Below, in pieces: positions 61,413 to 64,000 of a DNA stretch of 64,000 nucleotides. Positions within the stretch are counted from its first letter, which is position 1. Every line of letters begins with the position of its first letter. The stretch spans positions 215,942 through 279,941 of the forward strand of contig NW_013657626.1 of the NCBI RefSeq assembly GCF_000142905.1, read 5' to 3'. This DNA comes from Thecamonas trahens ATCC 50062. Its lineage: Eukaryota; Protista; Apusomonadida. Made by a program: the position numbers and the translations under genes. The notes beneath the pieces are model-generated. The model ran no database searches and was not told the DNA's origin. It saw only the letters and a program-made list of their open reading frames with translations.

Positions 61413-63935
61413 GAGCCGGAGCCGTTGGCATCGTCGTCGCCGGCTGCGGACGAGTCGTCGTAGTACGACGAGTCGTCATCCGAGTCAGACTCGTCCGAGT
61501 CGGCGAGACCGTACTTGGTAAAGTGGATGACCTGGAACTCCCAGAGGCCGCCCTCGTAGTTGATAAAGATGGCACCCATGTCGTCGCAGGTGAGGCGGAG
61601 CTTGGTGTTGTGGCGCTCGATGACCTTTGCCGTCCGCTTCTGCGGCTCGAGTGGCTGGCCAGTCTTCTTGTCGATGGGCCAGGTATGCAGACCGATGTGA
61701 GCCGGCTTGTTGAGCTCATAACCGACCGAGGGCTTGGCGGCGGCGTCTGGGTAAACGGTAACAGCCTGGTTCTCGAAGATGACGATGGCATCGAGGTCGA
61801 GGCCGCGGATGTCGGTCGGGCCGAGGAACTTGACCCAGCCGATGCCCTTGCAGCCGACAACAAAGTCGTTGACAGCCCGCAGCTGGTCTTCCGAGAACGT
61901 GGCGCACTCTTCCATGGTCGGCCGAGTGTAGTAGCCCTCCTTGGTGAGCTTAAACGGGCGGACGTCGAGGACGTAGTTGGACTGTGTGCGAGTGCCCGCC
62001 ACAGCATCGAGTTGCGGCGAGTGGGCCGGCGGCGAGCGGGCCGGCGGCGAGCGCGAGAGCTTGATCTCCTTGGCCGAGCGTCGGGGCGGATTGGGAAGCC
62101 CGGCGTGTGGGGTGGATGCGTCCGACGGGAACTGACGGAGTGGCGAGTGCCGGTGCAGGGCCTTGGGCGAGGCCGATGAGCGGTGAATGCTCGAGCTGCG
62201 ACCAGGGTCGTCGCGGTAGCGGCGAGCCCAGGGGTGGCTGAACGACGCGTTTGCCGGGGAGCTTCCCATCGCGCCGGCAGCGCTGCGCGGCGGCGGGGCC
62301 GAGCCGGCCCGTGAGAGCGAGAGCTGCTTGACCGACGACGGGCGCGAGTCATGGAACGGCCGCCGCGAGGAGCGGAGCATGTCGTCGCGCGGCGACGAGG
62401 CGAGGAGCGAAGCGTGGCCGTACAGCCGCGGGCGGATACGTGACGCCGGTCGCGGCGCCGACGCGTACTTGGGCGGCGCGATCTTGGTCTTGGGCGTCGA
62501 GACCGAGCTCGTCACACTCTTGGTCTCGAGCTTGGCGGGCGTCCCGAGGTTGCCCAGCTTCTTGGGGTCGGTCGACGACGGGACAAACAGCGGGTTGAGC
62601 CCAAACGGATGCTTGTTAAGCGCGATGTCCTCCCTGGGGATCTCCACCGGTGCAGCCTCAGCAATGTTGAACCCGACCTTGGCCGGCGGGTTCGTCGCCA
62701 TCTGGTTGCCGGCGTTGACCTGCATGGCTGCCAGGACTGCGGCCTCGACAACCTGCTGCATCTGGTCGGACGAGAGTCCGCCGCCGTTGTTGTTGCCGCC
62801 ACCAAAGTTGAAGCCGCCGCCGCCTCCGCCGTTGTTGTTGTTGTTGTTGTTGCCAAACTTAAAGCCGCCACCGCCGCCGCCGTTGTTGTTGTTGTTGTTG
62901 CCAAATTTGAAGCCACCGCCGCCTCCGTTGTTGTTGTTGTTGTTGTTGCCAAACTTGAAGCCGCCGCCGCCGCCGTTGTTGTTGTTGCCAAACTTGTTGA
63001 AGCCGCCACCGCCGTTGTTGTTGTTGTTGTTGTTGCCAAACTTGTTGAAGCCGCCGCCGCCGTTGTTGTTGTTGTTGTTGTTGCCAAACTTGTTGAAGCC
63101 GCCGCCGTTGTTGTTGTTGCCGCCGCCACCAAACTTGAAGCCGCCGCCGTCCGTTGTTGTTACCGCCGCCGCCGAACCGGTTGAAGCCGCCGCCGCCGCC
63201 GTTGTTGTTGTTGTTGTTGTTGCCGCCGCCGCCAAACTCGAAGCCGCCGCCGCCGCCGTTGTTGTTGCCGCCGCCACCAAAGCGGTTGAAGCCGCCGCCA
63301 CCAGCATTGTTGTTACCGCCGCTGAAACGGTTGAAGCCACCGCCGCCGTTGGCATTGCTGTTGCCGCCGCCGCCGAAGCGATTGAAGCCGCTGCCACCGG
63401 CGTTGTTGCCGCCACCGCCAAACTTGAAGCCGCCGCCGCCGCCGCCGCCAGCAGCCGCACCACCCGCGGTGGGCTGGCCCGAGTAGTCTTCCCACCGCAG
63501 CTCCAGCGCCGACTTTGTCTGGTACTCTGCCATAGCCGAGATGTTCTGCAGGTACTGCGACTTGCCGTCCGAGTCTCTGATGAGCGTCTGCTTGAATGGC
63601 AGCTGACCCGTGCCGACGAGAGCATTCCCACCGCGGCCAAAGCCACCACCACCACCACCACCGAAACGACTACCACCACCACCACCACCACCACCGAACC
63701 GATTACCACCAGCAGCACCGCCACCACCACCAAAGCCAAACCGATTGTTCCCGCCACCAGCTCCCGCGCCAGCACCGGAGCGTCCACCAAAGCCAAACTG
63801 GGTACCACCACCACCGCCACCACCACCACCACCACCAAAGCCAAAGCGGTTACCACCACCACCACCACCACCGGCATTGTTACCACCGAACCCGAAACGG
63901 TTGTTACCACCACCACCGCCAAAGTTGAAGGGCAT
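58064..63935 (-). CDS. NUP98: Nup98-Nup96 polyprotein (FG repeats, GLEBS, autoproteolytic domain, Nup96), about 1956 aa; 1-nt insertion at 63150
   Basis: GLEBS LQNISAMAEYQTKSALELRWEDY; APD GYYTRPT...LDLDAIV...VTVYPD...KPSVGYELNKPA...WEFQVIHF/TKYGL; Nup96 RSFRVSWGPGG, DFRLATVLAQ, LDWKRALGLQLWF, FAAQLENVGLWEW. Removing one base at 63150 joins ORFs 62859..63935 and 58064..63922. Confidence 0.95.
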
Positions 63936-64000
63936 GGCGAGGGGGTGCTCAGGGAGGGAAAGGGAAGGGCGAGTTGTCCTTTGGAATCATCGGACGAGAC

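Overview
Gene-dense, GC-rich, intron-poor eukaryotic scaffold with seven N-gaps (8243-9061, 11380-11596, 13696-14012, 16420-16535, 27659-28212, 34997-35452, 50504-50986). It comes from a flagellated protist (CFAP47, TTLL9). The style resembles the apusomonad Thecamonas trahens, but that is inference only. About 20 protein-coding genes are supported: an ALA2-type P4-ATPase, a Tweety/prominin-like membrane protein, an eIF4G-like protein, CTDNEP1/Nem1, CHMP5/Vps60, a calmodulin-like protein, an RNI-type LRR protein, an EF-hand+PH protein, BAG6-like, a large LRR + multipass-TM receptor, THOC7, a VASt/StART-like protein, UAP56/DDX39, a large coiled-coil protein, EMC8/9, CFAP47, an H1-like/chromo-barrel/CaaX protein, TTLL9, ORP5/8, a low-complexity nuclear protein and NUP98-96. 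Features not in the ORF track: a box C/D snoRNA (U49/SNORD49-like) in a P4-ATPase intron, a decayed piggyBac transposase, a strict GTACGY 5' splice site in all nine well-supported introns, and GTAAA recurring just after stop codons. Most novel candidates: (i) a small chromatin-reader-like protein ending in the lamin-B-type CaaX motif CAIM (possible nuclear-envelope chromatin tether); (ii) an eIF4G-like protein whose MIF4G domain lies upstream of the eIF4E-binding motif; (iii) a Nup98 FG domain made of Gly/Asn runs with no GLFG. Three single-base frameshifts (about 2470, 18431, 63150) look like sequencing errors. All family assignments come from motif recognition by eye, not database searches.
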